From Gnetum montanum (Eukaryota > Plantae > Gnetophyta), in contig MNCI01000405.1 in assembly GCA_015680685.1 (NCBI GenBank), forward strand, positions 9,624 through 73,623: a stretch of DNA of 64,000 nucleotides. Reading direction: 5' to 3'. Shown here piece after piece: positions 28,669 through 42,300 of the stretch. Positions within the stretch are counted from its first letter, which is position 1, and every line of letters begins with the position of its first letter. The notes beneath the pieces were generated by a model that saw only the letters and a program-made list of their open reading frames with translations, did no database searches and was not told the DNA's origin. The position numbers and the translations under genes were made by a program.

Positions 28669-28901
28669 ATTCCTTTTTGAGTTCAGACAGTTTTGTTTAG
28701 CCATTACAGAGAAAAATGTCATGCTTACCCAAGAAATTTTGGACGACATATTCCTGAATTTCATAGGAGAAATAACTTCACACTGCACCAGACTACTGAA
28801 TTTGCATTGCTGCATTAGTGTCTTGTGCCATTTAATTCACATACCTGCATCTTTCTGTACCTGTATTTGTTGGAACAACCCAGCGGATCAAGTATTGGGA
28901 T

Positions 28902-30358
28902 ATGGAAGACAAAATATTGAAGAGAAGCCGGACAGAAATGGAGGAGGATACAGACTCCCAAGCAGCCAAAAGAACGTTTCTGCATCTTGAGCCTTCCTCA
29001 GAGCCATTGCATCTGGGTACTGGTTCATCATACTCACAGTATTTACAACCTGGGACATCATACTCACAGTATTTACAACCCGGGACTTTCTTAGAGCCGT
29101 TGCATCTTGGTACTTGGCCATCACATCCTCAGTTTTTGCAGCCTGGGATTTCCTCACAGCTGGGTCCTGGGTCATCATACCCACAGTTTCTGCACCCTAG
29201 GCCTTCCTTAGAGCCACTATATCCATGTATTAGGCCTTCTTCAGAGCCACTGTATCTGTATAATGCATCATCCTATTCATCGTTCTTGCAACCTGGGCCT
29301 TTATCAGAGCCACTGCATCTGGGTGCCAAGTCCTCATACTCTCAGTTTCTGCAGCCTAGACCTTTCTTAGGATCATTGCATCTGGGTAACAGACCCTTTT
29401 CAGAGCCACTGCATTTATATACTGGGTCATCATCCTCCCATTTTCTGCAGCCTAGGCCTTTCTTAGAATCATTGTATCAGAGTACTAGGCCTGTATCAGA
29501 GCCACTACATGTAGGTATTGGCTCATCATATTCAGAGTGTTTTCACCGTGGGTCTTCCTCAGAGCCATTGTATTTGAGTACTGGGTCATCATACTCACAG
29601 TTTCTTCAACCTGAATCTTCGTTACAGCCATTGCATCTGGGTGCTAGGCCTTTCTCAGAGTCACTGCATCTGAGTACCGGGTCATCATCCTCGCAGTTTC
29701 TTCAACCTGAATCTTCCTTACAGCCACTGCATCTGGGTACTGGGTCATCATCTTTATGGTTTCAAGAGCATGTGCATTTTTCAGAACCACTGCAGATGGG
29801 TACTATGCCACTTGATTTGGGTATAGCGCCATCATCCTCATGGTTTTTGCAGCCTGGGCCAGAGCCACTCGGTATTGGGATATCTTCCTCAAGTGATGAG
29901 GGTTCTGTTAACAGGAAGTTTGATGTCTTTATTTGTCACAGAGGCCCTGATACAAAGCAGACGTTGGCTTATCACTTGTATGACGTTTTATGCCTTAGAG
30001 GTGTTAAGGTGTTTCTCGATCAAGCAGAGTTGCAGGGTGGGGAGACCTTAACAGAGGCCATTAAAGAAGCCCTTGCATGTTCTGGTGTGCATGTGTGCAT
30101 ACTTTCCAGTGGATTCGCAGAGTCTCCTTGCTGTCTTAGAGAATTGGTGATGATGCTGCACAAACACGACAGAGGTGCATCTACTCTGATTCCTATTTTC
30201 TATGACGTAGAACCCTCAGAGGTCCGATATGTGAAAGGAGACTTTGGACAGGGATTTCAGAAGCTCAAAAGCGAAGGCAGCTACTCCAGCGAAGACATTC
30301 ACCAGTGGAAAGAGGCTCTGCGCAAGATTGTGGATCTCACGGGTTACGAGGGAAAAGG
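28902..30358 (+). CDS. TNL exon 1: basic N-terminus, ~300-aa repeat array, TIR domain
   Basis: TIR: KFDVFICHRGPDTK...VFLD...FAESPCCLREL...PIFYDVEPSEVR...WKEAL; donor GG|GTGAGT, phase 2. Confidence 0.92.
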
Positions 30359-33300
30359 GTGAGTGATGGTATTATTATTTTTCAAGTTTATCTTAGTTTT
30401 AGCTTAAGATAGTCAGTGAAATCTACCAGCGATGTTTAATAGCATTCCGATAAAAAAGCCCATTCAAAATAGGATGGATTATATATATTTTTATATAGAA
30501 ACTTTTTTTTTCAGTTGAATGTGATGTTTATTATAATTTTGAACCATTTAAAAAGTACAAATTTTATACTTAATCCTTTTTTTACTGAAAAACAATGGAA
30601 AAAGGTTGAAGATATATCTTTTTCTTTTACTAATTTTAAGGATTTCAATTTGATTTTTATCTCAAGTTATTCCACTTTTATTATCTGATTTTTCAATTTA
30701 TGATAAAATATTCAAGTCAATCAGAGCATATTGAATATTATCATATGACTCAAAATTTAGGTTTATTGGTCAATTGATTTAAACTTTAAACTTTAAACTT
30801 TAAATATGCTTGCGGTTAATGATAATTTTTTTAATAATAGCAAACTTTGACCGATGTTTATGATTTATTCATAATAAACAAAATAACAATTTATAACTAT
30901 TGTAAGTCAAAACATTTTAATGCACCAAAGTTTTAAGCCACTTTAAGGTGGCTTTCTTCTCAATCCTTTCCGGGGGCATAAATTTTAGGGCCAATATTAT
31001 ACCTGTATACCATGCAAAACAAAAGGACATGTATCAAAATAAATATATACATTTTTTTTACAAAAATTGATTTTGTAATTTAACCTGTTTCTTTTTACAG
31101 TGAACTTTGCATGACCATTGTCAACCGGATATGTATGCTACTTGATGTGGGATCTATGGTTACTTCAGGGAAAGTAGTTGGAATAGAGAAACAGTTGCTG
31201 AGCACCATTGATGATATAGTGAGATGCCGTCAAAGTGGGTTTGGTGTGACGTTACTAGAAATTAGTGGTATTCCAGGTATAGGAAAAACCACTTTCGCAA
31301 AAGAACTATATAACAAGATTTACGCTCAATATCGGAGGAGGTGCTGTTTCATTGAAGATGTTAAAGGACTTGTAGAGAAAGGTGGTGTAAATGAAGTCTA
31401 CAAACAGCTTTTAAGTCAGCTTTTCAAAGATGAGGGGAGTTACTCTTTACAAAAAATGAAGAAACATTTATGGAAGAGATTGCAGAATGCAGAAATTTTA
31501 TTGGTGCTAGACAATATTGACAAAGAACTTCCATTCCGCACTGTGTTTATTGAAAATGTTTCGTTAAGTGCAAACAGCATCATTATTGTAACTTGTCGGG
31601 AAAGGGGGGTTCTGAAACATGACCCTGCTGCCATTGACCTGTACGGTGAAAATTTTATTCAGCGGGAAATCTCCTGTCTCGACTTCAATACGTCAAAGGA
31701 ATTATTTTGCCGGTATGCATTTGCAGGAATTGATAATGCGAAGCATGAATTTGGTGAGCTCATAAACAAGATGGTTGAAAAATGTAAAGGAATACCTTTA
31801 GTATTGACATTACTGGGGGCCAGGCTTCATGAAAAAGATATTGGAGATTGGAATTATTTATGGATTTCTATAAAAGATTCTTTGCTATCTGATGTGAAAC
31901 AGATATTAAAATTCATTTATGAAAACCTTGGTACAGAGTTGGAAAAATGTTTATTCTTAGATGTGGCAACCTTTTTCCGTTGGGAGAAAGAAGAACTCTT
32001 GGTTAAACTTCGGCAAAGTGATGATGAACATGGTGAACAAGAAGTTCGATACGCTCTTGATGCTTTGAAGAAGAATCTTTTAATTCATGCAAGTAATGAT
32101 GGTGTTTTAGGTATGCATGATGTGTTTGTGGACTTGGGAAAGAGCATAGTTGAAGATGAAGATAAATGCCCTGGCCGTCGTAGCCGTGTGTGGCGTCCTT
32201 CCGATGTCAAAAACATACTATCTTTTCAAAAGGTATGACTTTGTGATTATTTGTTGGTGATACCTGGACTTGGTTTTTTAAGTAAAATGATTAATTTTTT
32301 CTAATTTTTTAATTAATGTTATTTTGGTTAATTTTTTCCTCGTAGTTTTTTAATGATGTTTTCAAAACTCATACCATATGTATTTCTACTGTCCAATAAA
32401 TTCATAAGGTCATAAGGTCTAAACTTACTACTTCCATTTGCTTGGGCCTCCTTGTCTTCTTGAAAGATCTTCTTCCCCAAGATGATTTTGGTGTTATAAT
32501 TGTTGATTTGGGATTCATGGCATCAGTTATTTAAATAAGTAGCTTTTTCCACAAAAAAAAAGTTTCAGTTATTTACACACCAAGGAAATCACCTTAAAAC
32601 AATGTCTGTCAATTTCAGGGAACCAAAAAGGTGAAAGCACTATGCTTAGTTTCACAAGGCTCACAAGTTGTTTTAGATAACAATGAATATCCATGGCATG
32701 CAGATGCTTTTAGCAAAATGTCATCTTTGGAGATTTTGATCCTTCATGGCCATTGTATTGAAGGTATTAGATTATTTAATTAATTATAAGAAAATAGTTG
32801 TTCTTTAATCTCTAAGATTTTAATTTAGATATGGCAATAACATTAGGTTTCTTTTTTTTTTGTTAAGGTGATCTTTCCAGGCTATCAAGGAGATTATTAT
32901 GGTTGAAATGGACCAATTTTCCATTACACCAAATCCCTCGGACACTTTGCCTAAAACATGTGAGAGTCTTGCATGTGTGTGGTGAAAGCCTGATTCACTT
33001 ATGGGAACATTCTCAACGGGTGAGATTTAATAATCTACTATTCTTAGTTAGAAATTGACTCCTATGTGTGTTGGATTTTAAAAAATCAATCAACTTTTAA
33101 AAATTTGTTGGAATGGGTTCTGTTAGACTAGATTCTTTTCTTAGAAAAGAGAGGGATTTAAGGAAAAAAGTAGGAGGCCATGCCTCAAGTTACAGCTTAA
33201 AATTGGATCTAATAATGTAGTAACAAAACATTTTTACCAATGACATCTCAAAAAATAACATGAAATGTGGAGGTCAAAATAGCAAAACCCTCTAAAACAT

Positions 33301-36300
33301 AGACTAAAAAGTATAAGTAGGAAAGTAATAAACAAAAGATTAACCAAGAGAAGAATTGATTATTATATCAAAATGACCATAATGTACAACAAGTAGGTTA
33401 TCGTAACTAGCTTTATTATAAATTACTTCAAAAGCATTTTGAATCAAGGCAAAAAGCTCCTTGTTATTTCCTTTGTTTGTATAAGCTTTAAACCTCAATA
33501 TGAGGGCTTTTTGGGAAAGTACCTCATTATTGGTATTGAGTAGTACACTAGGATCTTATAGACATGTAAAGGATAAACATGAGATTTCAAAAACATTTCA
33601 TAGGTATTCTTCAAATTACAGTTGATCTATTTTTCCTAATCAATATCATAAGAGAGGGAATGGTAATGAAGGTGTAGAGGATTGACATGAACTTCATCCT
33701 TTTCGTTTGAGTCAAAATCAATAATCATAAAATTCTCCATGTTTGAATGTCATATGGGTGACATCCAATTGACTAGAACATTCTAAAGTAATGCCATTGT
33801 AACACTATCATATCATATGCTAATAAATCATGGAAAGAGGATGGGTGTGTTCAACCCAAAACAATTTGATCATAAATAAACCCTAATATATATAGCCAAC
33901 ATAATAAAATAGAAGAATTTTAGAGGAATATATTAATGTTTTAAATGTGACTTGAGCTCATAACTTCTTGCCTAATAGGAGAACGAGCTAACCACTTGAG
34001 CAACCTATCAAGGACTATCATGCTTACTAAGGATTTGATCATTTATTGCAAGATTGAACAAGATAGTGCTAACTAGACTCACTAAAGTAAAGTAGAAAGT
34101 ATTTACTCTCTTCTTGTTTAGATCATCTTTAATTTTCACAAACTTGGGCTACCTTTGCGATAGCATTATCTACGACATCATGAGATGGATCAAGAACCTC
34201 AAAGGGATACATGGAAAGTTTTTGGAATATGCTAACCAAGGTATCCCAAATATCCTTCATGTATTTAGGATTATGGAGTATGTCCTAGTTAGGGTTGTCT
34301 AGAGGAGGTGCATAAGATAAAGTAGTAACAAGAGTTGTGGTTGTGGGTGTTGCAGCCATTGATTATAGCATGGTTAAGGAGGTGAAGGAATTAGGATAAG
34401 GAATGGGAGTTGATGTAGAAAAGGGAGCATAAGAGGCAAGGGAAGTCTTGATTCTAATATGGTAAAGGGTGGCCAATGTATGACATCAAAGGGATAAGAG
34501 TTGGTTATGCTCAAAGGGTGAATAGGGTCACATCATTCATGCTAATTAGATAGGATGAAGTAACAACCATGGAGTGGAGGTGGAAGGATAGCATGCTAGG
34601 GAAAACCTATCTTAGAGATGAGAGTTGATCAACATATAAAGTAAATGTAGTAGGAAAGGCACCATCAAAAGACGAGTGGACAAAGTAGGTACAACACATG
34701 AAATATAAGGATACTTAGGAAAATGATGCTTTAGTTGCAAATTTGATGAAGAGTTGCTATTGTTGTCTAATGATCCAAGAGTGCCATCTAGAAGACAAAT
34801 TAGAGATGTATCACAAAGGCAGCAGAGGGTTCCCCAATAGTAGAGCAGGCACCAGCTTGACAATGACCAGCCAAAGACTAAGAACAAGGCCACAATGTCT
34901 TGATGGGTCCTTTCTTAATAGTTTTTGAAGAAAAAGATGTAAAAGATTAATAACATAATCTTTCTTAAAGGCACATACAATCTATTAAGAATTTTAAGCA
35001 TTTATTGTAATCTTTTCATGGAATTTAAAATTAAGACAACATTAGCATAAAGTAAGAGTCTAACGTGGTTATTTTCAATTGTAATTCTAAATTAACCTAA
35101 TATTTTATACATATACTCTTTAATTTTATCGATAGAAAGCTAAAATAAAGTAGGACAAAGAGGACATCCTTGTTTTATGGATACAAAACTATTAAATAAA
35201 ATGATTTCTTGGTCATTTAAAAATTAAATACATACATCTTTGTAAAGTTTTTGGAAGGTAGATAATATTGTGTTGGATACTTCTAAATTTTCTAGGTTCC
35301 TACATAACTTACTTTAAACTAATGAATTGTAGACCTTAGAAAAATCTACAAATGAGATAAATGTTTTCTTATGTGAACTACTCGCTCTCTTAATAAAATA
35401 TTTGAAAGTGATGAGATAGTCTAAGGTAAACTCAATTCATCTTCCAAGCATAGATTCTAGAATAGTGACAAAACCATGGAAAAAATATTGTTGATTACAG
35501 TAAAATTATTTAAATGATTTGTTGTACCCTTTTTTAGAAAACATAACTACTTTATTGATACACCATTCTTTTTCTAACCAAACTTGCAAAGTTAAATTTA
35601 ACTTCTTCTAAATGACATTCTATACTAATGGATCTTCCCATTTAAGCACTTCTTCACATAAGTTATTTACATCAAATTTGTTTCTTAATGCTAAACTTTT
35701 TATCCCTTGCATTACATCATCAAAAGAAATGCAAGTCTTCCATCCTATCATTGATATTAAATAAAACATGATAAAAATTTCTAATATTGTTGAGAGACAA
35801 AGCATACTCTATTTTAATCTTGTTTGAAATTTGAGACAATTTGGTGCTACAATAATAAAATAGTTTATATTATGAAATTTTCCACTCCAATAAGTTTCAT
35901 CATCCATCACAAATTCATTAATCCAAGAAGTTGAAAAATCACATTTGGAACCACTCTTGTGTTACAGATTTCAACTATCAAATCAAATTTTGTAGACAAG
36001 AAGATTGTTGAAAGAGCTTTGTATTAAGTATTCACTTCATAACTCTCTTTGATCATAGAAATATTCATCATGCAAATCATCAATTTTTATTTTGGACATT
36101 GAATAGTTTTATTTAAGATTCATATTTTCAAGGCAAATTTGACTATTACATAAATTTCATTTGATCTAAATTACAAAATTATAGATTATTAAAAGAACTT
36201 TGTATCAAATATTCCCCCACTCCATAACTCTCAAATCACAAAGATATTCATCAATTTCTCTCCTAGATGCTAAATAGTTTTATTTAGAACCCCTTTTTGA

Positions 36301-39300
36301 AGATAGATTTGAAACATCAAATTAATTTCATTTGATCTAAAATATTATAGGCTTATAGATTGTAGAACAAGCTTTCCAAAAAGCCTAAGATTAACCCAAA
36401 TCTCATCTAGATAGTAAAGATTTCGCAACTACAAAATCAAAAAAATTTAGTTTTTTAGTTAAGCTGCCCACATTATCTAATATAGTAGGCTCTCAAAAGT
36501 TTACAAAATAAAAAAATTAAATATTATTACATGTGAAAAATCTACAATTGGTATCAGAGCTAGGTTTAGAGAAAAATGTATTCTAATAGAAGACGGAATT
36601 ACAATGAGAGAAATCTAATTCCTCAATGTAGATTCTATAACAAGAGACACTTTTCGAGCAAGTTGGATGATAGAGGAAAGAAATGGAGTTTGCCTGGATA
36701 TGATTCTAAAACTAGTAGATACAATTATTATGATCCTATTAAACAAAAATGTAATTCATCAAGGGATGTCATCTTTCTAGAAGAAAAATTTGGGACAACA
36801 AATTTTCAATAGGATAATCAAAGGATGGATAGTCAACTCAACCCAAAATCTTGGATACAAGAAAATCATTCTTAAACTCAAATGATGGACACAAACTTTG
36901 AGAGAAGAACAAGAAGATCTATTTCTATTACCAACATGACATATTCAGTCCTATCTAAAAAACCTAAAAATTTGGAAGAAGTTCTAAAAATTAAAGAATA
37001 GAGAAAAGGCATGGACAACGAATATGAAGCCATAATAAAAAATTAGACTTGGGAGCTAGTGGATAAACCTAAAGGAAAGACAGTAATAGATTGCTAATGC
37101 ATGTATACAATTAAATTTAACGAAAAAGGAAAGATCATAAACACAAGGCAAGACTTGTGGTTAGAGGATTCAGATAGAAGAAACATATAGCCTATGAGGA
37201 GATATTTGCACCATTGGTAAGGTTTGAAATAATCAAATTCATCCTTTCTATAGGCACTCATCAATGTCTTAAACTTCATCAAATGGATGTACCCCCCCTA
37301 ATCCTTAATGGCAACATCGATAAAGAAGTCTATGTCTGCCAACTTGAAGGATATGTCATCAAAGGAAAAGAAGAGAAGATGTGCAAACTAAATAAAGCAT
37401 TGTATGGATTAAAGTAGACTCCAAGGGCATGGTTTCATAGACTCAATAATTATTTTCTAAAAAGAGGATATAAATCTTGTATGTTTAAGCCCATTTTGTA
37501 TTACAAACATGATAATACAAATTTCATCATAATCTCACTCTATGTGAATGATCTTATCTTCACATCCACAAACAATAATTTTAATGAAGAATTCAAGTGT
37601 AATATGAAGAGTGAATTTGAGATGAAAGATTTAGGAGAATTAAAATACTTTCTTAGAATTCAAGTTGATCAAGACAAGGAGAGAATCAAAGTCCATCAAA
37701 CCAAATAGGCTTCATCCATACTAGAAAAATATAAAATTAGTAGAGAATAAGTTATAATATCTCCACTTCCTCACAATTTGAAGCTTCAATATAAGGATAA
37801 CATACCTCTTGTAGATGCAACCCAATATAGAAGCATGATTGGAGTTATTAGATTTCTATGCCACACAAGATCAAATTTTGAGTTTTCTACATCTTACTTA
37901 TCATGATTCATCCAAGAATCAAGGCAAAGCCACTTTAATGATCTCACAGATGTTCTAAGATACATTAAAGGCATAATAGTTCATGGACTCATTTATACGA
38001 AAGGGAACGGACAATTTCATGCTTACTGGGAAGGAGATCATAATGATAGAAAATCTACATGAGGAGTCATAACATTCTATACAGACAATGCAGTATATTG
38101 GAAATTGTAAAAACAAGCTTAAATTAGTCTCTCAACTTGTGAAGCTGAATTCATAGTTATGGCTAAGTGCATAAAACATATACTTGAACTCAAGAAACTC
38201 ATGACACACTTAGGATTCAAAGTTAGTCTTCCAATCAAATTCTTTTATGACAAACATGTACTACACATGAAATCAAAGCACATAGACATCAAATATTACT
38301 TCATCAAACAAGAAGTAAAGGAGGGAATCATCAAACCTGAACATGTGCAAACTAATAATTAACTGGTGGATTTATTGACTATATCTATTTTAAATTATAG
38401 AAATGAGTACTTGTGTAATAGTATAGGCATCATGAACCTTGAAGAATCAAGACAAGAAAATAACAAAAATCATGCATTCCATACTAAAGGAGAAACTCTT
38501 AGAGATAGTGTACCATGTCCCATGTGTCCAATAAGATAAACAAGAGAGAAAAAAAGATTAAATTTGCACTTTGTCATCATATCAAGAAAAAAGACATATT
38601 GATTTTTATTTTATTAAAAGATTGATGGGAGGATGTAATTAGAGAATGACCCTAATCTCTCATGTTTCTTGAATTTTTGGCCATATGTTTCATAAAATTT
38701 GCTTGTTCCATCATATTCTATTATGGTCCCATGATTTGGCTATAAATATGTGGGCAAATCATGTTTTTAAAGGAAGCAAATGATGTCATTAAGGCAATTT
38801 GATGCTACAGTAATAAAATAGTTTATGTTATGAAGTTTTCCACTTCAATAACTTTTATCGTCCATTATTAATTCATCATGTTCACCAATTCATTAATCCA
38901 AGAAGTTGAATAATCACATTTGGGGCTACTCTTATGCAACAGATTTCAACCATCAAATCAACTCAATTTTGCAAGTAGGTAGATTGTTAAAAGAGCTTTG
39001 TATCAGATATTTACTCACTCCATAATGCTCTCTAATCATGGAAATATTCATTGCATAAATTGTCAATTTCTATTTTAGATGTTGACCAATTTTATTCAAG
39101 ATTCCTTTTTCTAGATAGATTTGAATCATTAAATAAATTTCATTTGATTTGAAATTTTATAGGCTTATATATTGTAGAATGATCTTTCCAACAAGCCTAA
39201 AATCATCCAAATAGTGAAGACATCACAACTACAAAATCAAAAGACATTCAGTTTTTCTCATTTGGGCCATCCACATCATCCAATATAGTGGCCTACCAAA

Positions 39301-42300
39301 AATCTCTAAAATAAAAAAAATTTGGAATCTTCTTACATCCAAAAAATCTACAACATTAAATACCAAAAACATTTTAGATCTTTTTTATCATTTATAATAA
39401 ATTCCCATGTTTTAGTTGAAATCAAATTTTTATGACTTGATATTCTTTAGTAATTTCTAAGTCTTCAATAATATTATAGCTTTTTTACATTCTTCATTAA
39501 ACCATTGTTGATTGTTTGCATTTTAGGCTTTGAAAATATTGTGGGAACCTATAATTAGATTTTTTGTAAGACTCACATTTGGATTTCAAATCTTCTAAAT
39601 TTCATTTTGAAAATATGTTGTCTATTTATTAATAACATGAAGTATAAAGGTTGATGATAAGATTTAATTACTTTTTTTGCCTACTTCAAAATGTTTAAGG
39701 TTGCTAGCATTCTTTGGGCTACAAAGAAGAGAATCTATACTTAATTGTCATTGATGAGTGACGAGGTACCCCTACACTCAACCATACGAATATGAGCATA
39801 GAACGCGCGATCTGGTCGAACTCCGTAGACTAAGTGCCTACATGCCCATGGAACGCTTAGGGTTAATCATTTGTTGTCTTCCCAGACTTACTTGTAGTTG
39901 TCACGGTGTATGGTTAAGTAAGTCCGAGGTATATGATTTTTATGTCTTTTTATGTTTTATCTCCTATGCTATTGAGGTGAAGGGTTGAAAAGACTAATTT
40001 CTAACTTTAACTAATTAACTAAGTCTAAACTAACCTAGCGTTAGCATCCATTCTCACTTACCTTACACACCCTGAACCGATGCAACCATGGCTACCAAAT
40101 GCTAGTCGTTGCTGGGATCACCATGCGTAACGCATGTGCTCGAAGTGATCGTACTGAGGCACTTAACTAGGAGAGAAGGGTTGAGAGAGAGAAAGCAGTA
40201 AATAACAGATAATAAATAATAGTAAAGAAAATCCTAATTAGCCTATTCCATGCACTGCAAGGTTTATTCAAGAAGCTCTTCTTTATTGCCGTACACAAAC
40301 TTGTGTTCAGGTACAATGTTTGCTCGAATAAAGATCCGTTCACTTTAGGACTCTTACTGTGGGCACATGGAAAATATTCTATCTCTGATCACTCCAGAGT
40401 TTCCCTATTGTCTAGCCTAGGATGAGGAAACAAGGGAGAGCCGCCTCTTATTTATAGATATGACGGCGCACCGCGATATCGTGGGGGAGGATGTGATATC
40501 GTGACGGTCGCGATATCGCGTATCAGTCATCCTACAAAAGTGAAGCCACCTAATTTTGGATATTTATTAGTGTCATCTAGAATCAACATATTTAGTTGTT
40601 ATTCCTAATCTAAAAAATATTTTTCTTCGTGATTGAATTGGTTATCTTAAGAACACTAATTTCATTTTGCACTTTTTTCATCTGCCAGAAAGCCTTGAGG
40701 ATTCTTGTAACTAATAGTAATTATAGCATTAAAATCCCCTCATAGATAAATTTTCTCTCTTTGATAAAATCTCATGATAAACCTTATAGTGTATAAAGAA
40801 CATTCTCTAGGTGTAAAATGTAGGTTTTTTTGATGACACTTGTGAACTTCAAAATTCTAAAAATTTTTGATAAAAAAATGAATTTTTGATTTAACATGAG
40901 TTGTAGGTTTTTTTTTTTTTTTTGAGTCTTCAATTTCTAACATTTTAGCATTATGAAAAATGTCAAATTTATTAAAAAAATACATTATGTAACACTCAAG
41001 GATTGACATTGACATAGTATGAGTAGCAAACACTTCATCAATAAGGTTACCAAGTTTCCTTAAATAATAAGGCTATTGGAAAAAAATTAATTAAATTATT
41101 AACTATAATTTACCATTTGTTGCAACTTCCCTTTACAACAAGTTATTCTAGGAATATGTAGTGCTCATTTTCAATTGCTCTTTGAATTATGTATGCCATA
41201 GGTTTTCTCTCCTATTGAAAATTAGACCATCTACCTGGGTCAATCCTAAACTATTTGTATTATATACGATGCATAATTTAAACTATTTAAGTTAATTGTA
41301 ATTAACATTTGCCAGGTAATACATAATAAGTTTTACAGTATATATTTACAAATGCTTAGAAGCAATTTTATAATAATTAAGAATAAAAAAACTTACAAAA
41401 CGTGCTGGTTATACTTTTCTGCACCTGGCAATCATATTTTAATTTTACCTATATTTCAGGTCAAAATCCAAAAGATAATCTTTCATTATTTCTTTCTAAG
41501 AAAATAACCATGTATACGGTATTCCATCCTGACAAAAATCTAAGACCATGCATTGAACAGGAGGCTCCATCAAATTTGAGAGAACTTATTGTACAGGATT
41601 GCATACAACTTCAGAGGCTTCCAGAATCGATGGGAAAGCTCAGACATTTGACTTGTATAAATCTGCATAAATGCACATCTTTGAAGATCATTCCAGACAG
41701 CTTTGGCCAGTTACAAGGATTGAAACATCTCGAATTTCATGAATGCCATGCATTGGAATGCTTGCCAGAGACTTTTGGAGGTCTGACAAGGTTACATACC
41801 TTGAAGATGAGAGGTTGCTGTTCAATGGTGTCATTGCCTGAGTCAGTTGGGGATCTGAGAAGCTTAAGTGAACTGAGCGTTGAGAAATGTCACGCAATGG
41901 TGTCATTGCCAGAGTCATCCGTGAAACTGGTGCAGTTACAACACCTGTGGATCAGGGATTGCGATGCTTTGGAAGGGCTCCCACAATCATTGCGATGCTG
42001 GACAAACTTAGTTCGCGTAAATGTGTTTGGGTGTGGTAAAATAAGATTGACATCAAAGCAGTTCCAAGGGATTCATTCCCCGTCGTCGGAGCTTCAGCTG
42101 TCAGTATATGACGATGATGTTATGGAGGTTGCACATTCTTTGTTGGCTAGCACGGTTCTGGGCAACTTTGTCCAACCCATCCAAATTAAGCAACACACAT
42201 ACACTGCCGATTTGCTTTTAGCAGCTAATATCCATGATAGATGTGCGCCCCAATTAAGTGATTTTGAACTAATAGCCAATTATGTCATCAACTCTGCCAG

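Noticed and set aside
28556-29184. ORFs 28556-28990 (+), 28582-28815 (-) and 28888-29184 (-)
   Set aside because: Overlap the TNL 5' region or are antisense shadows of the repeat; no recognisable motifs
29001-29892. Repeat array as CRISPR-like or as HET-s-type amyloid motif
   Set aside because: Eukaryotic coding repeat with no unique spacers; frequent prolines disfavour a beta-solenoid amyloid
31495-31525. Kinase-2 motif LLVLDNI rather than LDDV
   Set aside because: The DN variant occurs in many TNLs; not evidence of inactivation
41402-41560. N-terminal 53 aa of the 536-aa ORF as a stand-alone LRR gene
   Set aside because: AT-rich intron sequence open by chance; acceptor at 41560 joins exon 4 in frame
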